Source: Squalus acanthias | Taxonomy: Eukaryota | Direction: 5' to 3' | NCBI GenBank assembly: GCA_030390025.1 | Contig: CM059432.1 | Coordinates: forward strand, 25,794,001 to 25,858,000 | DNA length: 64,000 nucleotides | Shown here: positions 59,825 to 64,000 of the stretch, piece by piece | How the letters are laid out: each line of letters starts with the position of its first letter | How positions within the stretch are numbered: the first letter of the stretch is position 1 | Program-made: the position numbers and the translations under genes | Notes under the pieces: model-generated | Seen by the model: only the letters and a program-made list of their open reading frames with translations | The model's database searches: none | What the model was told of the DNA's origin: nothing

Positions 59825-62600
59825 GATCATAAGAATCAGGAGCAGGAGTAGGCCATACGGCCCCTCGAGCCTACTCTGCCATTCAATAAGATCATGGCTG
59901 ATCTTTGACCTCAACTCCACTTTCCCACCCTACCTCCATATCCCTTGATTCCCCTAGAGTCCAAAAATCTATCTATTGCAGCCTTGAATATACTCAACAA
60001 CTCAGCATCCACAGCCCTTTTGGGTAGAAAATTCCAAAGATTCACAACCATCTAAGTGAAGTAATTTTTCCTCATCTCAGTCTTAAATAGCCGACCCCTT
60101 ATCCTGAGACTATGCCCCATAGTTCGAGGCTCTCCAGCCGGGGGACACAACCTCTAAGCATCTACCCTGTCAATCCCCTCAGAATCTAATATGTTTCAAT
60201 GAGATCACCTCTCATTCTTCCAAACTCCAGAGCGTATAGGCCCAGTCTACTCAATCTCTCCTCATAGGACAACCCTCTCATCCCAGGGATCAATCTAGTA
60301 AACCTTTGTTGCATCGCATTCCTCAGATAAGGAGACCAAAACTGTGCACAGTACTCCAGGTGTGGTCTCACCAAAGTCCTGTACAGTTGTAGTAAAACTT
60401 CCTTACTCTTATACTCCAATCCCCTTACAATAAAGGCCAACATACCATTTGCCTTCCTAATTGCTTGCTGTACCTGCACGCTAACTTTCTGTGTTTCCTG
60501 TGTTCCTAAATCTCTCTGACCACCAACATTTAATAATTTCTCACCATTTAAAATAAATTCTGTTTTTCTATTCTTCCTACCAAAGTGAATAACCTCACAT
60601 TTCCCCACATTATACTCCATCTGCCACTTTATTGCCCACTCACTTAATCGGTCTATATCCCTTTGTGTCCTCCTTACAGCTTACTTTCCCACCTAGCTTT
60701 GTTTGTATCATTAGCAAACCTCGATATATTGCACTCAGCCCCTTCATCCAAGTCATTAATATAGATTGTAAATAGCTGAGGCCCAAGCACTGATCCTTGC
60801 GGCACCCCACTAGTTACAGCCTGCCAACTGGAAAATGATCCGTTCATCCCTACTCTCTGTTTTCTGTCCATTAACCAGTCCTCTGTCCATGCTAATATAT
60901 CATCCCTAATTTCATGAGCCCTAATCTTACTTATCAACCTTTTATATGGCACCTTATCGAATGCCTTTTGGAAATCCAAATATACTACATCCACTGGTTC
61001 CCCTTTATCTACCCTGCTAGTTACATCCTAAAAAAATTTAAATAAATTTGTTAAACACGATTTCCCTTTCATAAAACCATGTTGACTCTGCCTAATCATA
61101 TTGACCCAAAAATTAGTGCCGCTATGCGAGAGTACGCACTGCGTACTCTCGCGTATTCTGTCTCCAATTGCCGGTTTTCTGCATGCACTGCGCATGTGCT
61201 GAAAACCGGCACTTGGTGAATAAAAAGGGGGCGGGTCCTAGGTGAATCGCGTGCGCGCTACAGGCTGCGCACACGCTGTGCACTTAGTGGTTTCAACGCG
61301 CAGGTAAGTACGGAAGATTCTACACCTAAAAAAAGGAGGAGTAAGACCCACTTTTAACAAGGTAAGTAGTGAATTAAGTATTATTTTGAATTTTTTTTAA
61401 CAGGTATATCTTTTTTAGAGACTTTAAAGACAGGTAAGTTTATTTTTATAACTTTTTAAAAGATTTAAAAAAAATTCAAAAATTTAATTTTTTATTTAAA
61501 ATGGTTAATTTATTTAACTATACTTATTTTATTAATGTGATGGTTTTTTTTAAATTTAATTGAGGTTTAGCGGTTCTTTTGGGGGGCTATAGTATTCATA
61601 ACTTTCACAGCACTTATGTGAAAGTTATGAATGGAAGATGGTGTGCTGCCATTGGCTCTAACTGAGTCACGTGATCCCACAGCTCGCACGAATTAACTAC
61701 GCCGGTGGGATACGCAAGCCCAGCACAGCAGCTGTCCAGAACATCAAGTTCGTGCGAGCTGGAACTGAAAAAGCCAACGCGGAGTGAGAGATCGCGGGGA
61801 GGCCTTACCCTCGCACGAAGGCTTCCTCACGAATTTTGGGGCCATTATGATTTTCTAAGTGCCTTGTTACCACTTCCTTAATAATGGATTCCAGCATTTT
61901 CCAATGACTGATATCAGGCTAACTGGCCTGTAGTTCCCTGTTTATTTTCTCTCTCCTTTCTTCAATAGCACGGTAACATTTGTTACATTCCAATCCACTG
62001 GAACCATTATAGAATCTAGGGAATTTTGGAATATCATAACCAATGCATCCACGATCTCTGCAGCCACCTCTTTTAGAACCCTAGGATGTAAGGCCATCAA
62101 GTCCAGGGCATTTGTCGACTTTTAGTCCCATTAGCTTCTCAAGTATTATTTCTCTACTGATATTAATTTCTTTAAGTTCCTCACTCTTATTAGCCCCTAG
62201 GTTCCTCACTATTTTTGGTATGCTTTTTGTGTCCTCTACTGTGAAGACAGGTACAAAATATTTGTTTAATGTCTCTGTCATTTCCATGTTTCCCATTATA
62301 AATTTTCCTGTCTCAGCCTCTGATTGACCAAATTTTGCTACTCTCTTCCTTTTTACGTACTTATAGAAGCTCTTACAATCTGTTTTTATATTTCTTGTTG
62401 GTTTACCCTCATATTCTATTTTCTCCCTTTTTATCAATTTTTTGATCATCCTTCACTGATTTCTAAAGCTTTCCCAATCCTAAGCCTTATTACTACTCCT
62501 TGAAACATTATAAGCCTCTTCTTTTAATCTAATACTATCCTCAACTTCTTTAGTAAGCCACGGATGGATCACTTTTCCTGTGGAGTTTTTATTTCTCAAT
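59825..62600 (-). mobile_element. Decayed CR1 LINE interrupted by a MITE
   Basis: [29 protein letters not shown] and LVRPHLEYCAQFWSP are present, with the CR1 tail at 59825-59900. A small + strand CR1 fragment precedes it (~59680-59822). Confidence 0.93.
61103..61843. mobile_element. MITE family 2, copy 2
   Basis: Ends GACCCAAAAATT / AATTTTGGGGCC with TSD ATT (61100-61102, 61844-61846). Colinear with 36359-37120. Confidence 0.9.
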
Positions 62601-64000
62601 TGTAAGATCCGGATCACAGGCCACACACAGATTACCCAAAAGGGTTTTAGAAGTTGTAAGGCTTTTATTAAAGAGCTAGGGGGGAAAAATTCAGTTGGTT
62701 GCGCCTCCTGTTAGCGCCTTAAGAGTGCGCTAATGTGGCGCAAAGCATCTAGCGCCCAGGCGCGGCGAAGTTTGCGCCGCTCGCGAAATTAACTAGACAT
62801 TTTGCGGCGGCGCTAAACACTACCGCCACGATCTCCTGCGCCGGCAGATCATGACGTCAGTCGAGTGTGCAATGCCCCGGTATCGCCCCGGAGCGGATAT
62901 TGAGTGGCGCCCCCTGCCTTACCGCCTGACGCTAGCAACGACAGGTTGAGGGGAGCGTTCTGCAGTCATGAAGGGAAAGGGGGAGCGCTATTTAAAGGTG
63001 ACCGCTTCCTGCCTTTTATTGTTGGTGCCATTTTTGAACTACGCATTCTGAGAGAGAGAGGGAGAGACTTCTGGAGAGATTTAACGTTGTGTGAAGGAGT
63101 TTTGGGTACTGAGCAGCACTTTGCAGGTTCATTTTGATTTGCCATTCCTTGTATCGATTTAGCAGAGACTGTGGGGGCTGCACTCTGAGCTCTTTGCCTG
63201 GTACTCTCCATTGTTCTTTCCAGCACATTTGATGTGCAAGTCTCTCCAGGCTGAGATTCAAGGCTGCAATGAACAGGATGTGGATGGAAAGCAAGATTAA
63301 CCATCCCCTTTAAGAACAGGCCCGTGCCATTGTGTGTGTGTTCCATTGCTGACTGACATTACATGAGCTTCGCCAGCGCTCTGAGTTAGCGCCTCACTCC
63401 TCGGCCTTTGCGCCTTAAGACAGGTGTGCAGCACCTGATTTAGTGCTCCAATCACCTCCCGGGGCGTTAAAAGTGAAGTTTCCAGTCAGTGGCGATAATT
63501 AGCACCAGGCGCTAATTTTTGCGCCCGGATGATATTTGCGCCCCAAATGGGGCGCGACTGAATTTTTCCCCCCTACAGTTTTAAAGCATAATCAGGTATT
63601 ACATATGGTTTAAGCCGAGTATAATAGACATACAACCCGTGACAGTAGGAGCGATCTACGACTCCCGAATCAGAATGCCACGACCGGACGGACAGGGAGG
63701 CAGTACGGTGGTCTCGGATTGGGTGGATTCCTGCAGTCTGCTGCAGCGGTCACTTCCGTTGGGTCATCTCTCAAGCTGTTGGAGGTGTTAGGCCGACAGC
63801 CACCTTAGACGCTAAACTTGACTAAAGTGTTAGGCCGTAGCCACTCGGGGAAACCTTCGCCCCTAACTGCCTGATTTCCTCTCTCGGTCGTCTATATTTA
63901 TAGTTATTTCAGTGGGCTGGTAGTCACCTGGTGTCAATCATTTGATCCCCCATCCTATTATCCAATTGTGAAGCGGGAAGGCATCCCTCGCCGTCCCTTT
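62601..64000 (-). mobile_element. Probable LTR (partial), interrupted by a Harbinger MITE
   Basis: CR1 homology stops at a TGTAAG start (CA end on the minus strand). There is a minus-strand AATAAA at ~62669-62664 and a TATAAAT at 63902-63896, in LTR order. The other end is outside the window. Confidence 0.5.
62679..63572 (-). mobile_element. Non-autonomous deletion derivative (MITE) of the 29242 Harbinger, 894 bp
   Basis: TIRs GGGGGGAAAAATTCAGT / ACTGAATTTTTCCCCC with TSD CTA (62676-62678, 63573-63575). It has the same internal junction as 43219-44092 (CTGTGGGGGCTGCACTCTGAG at ~63169-63189). Confidence 0.95.

Overview
Vertebrate genomic DNA, most likely from a cartilaginous fish (inferred from the CR1 LINE and Deu-domain SINE types). 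No host protein-coding gene could be supported. Bases 1-~22,200 are a GC-rich 19-bp tandem array (consensus CCTCGCTCCTGGGCCTCGA, about 1,170 units, open at the window edge) with kilobase-scale higher-order duplications. The many ORFs there are artefacts of a nearly stop-free repeat. The array ends abruptly inside a truncated PIF/Harbinger transposon. The same Harbinger family appears four times: a full-length 4.3-kb copy (29242-33562) with a three-exon Myb/SANT gene and a convergent transposase whose first catalytic Asp is changed to His, the truncated copy, and two MITEs with the same internal deletion. A 17-bp stretch of the Harbinger left subterminal region matches a satellite unit variant at 16/17 positions, so the satellite may derive from the transposon. 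The rest is nested CR1, L2, SINE, MITE and LTR debris. It includes a LINE family whose endonuclease-RT ORF sits directly behind a tRNA-like (Pol III) head with no ORF1, and a diverged pair of ~200-bp AT-rich elements.
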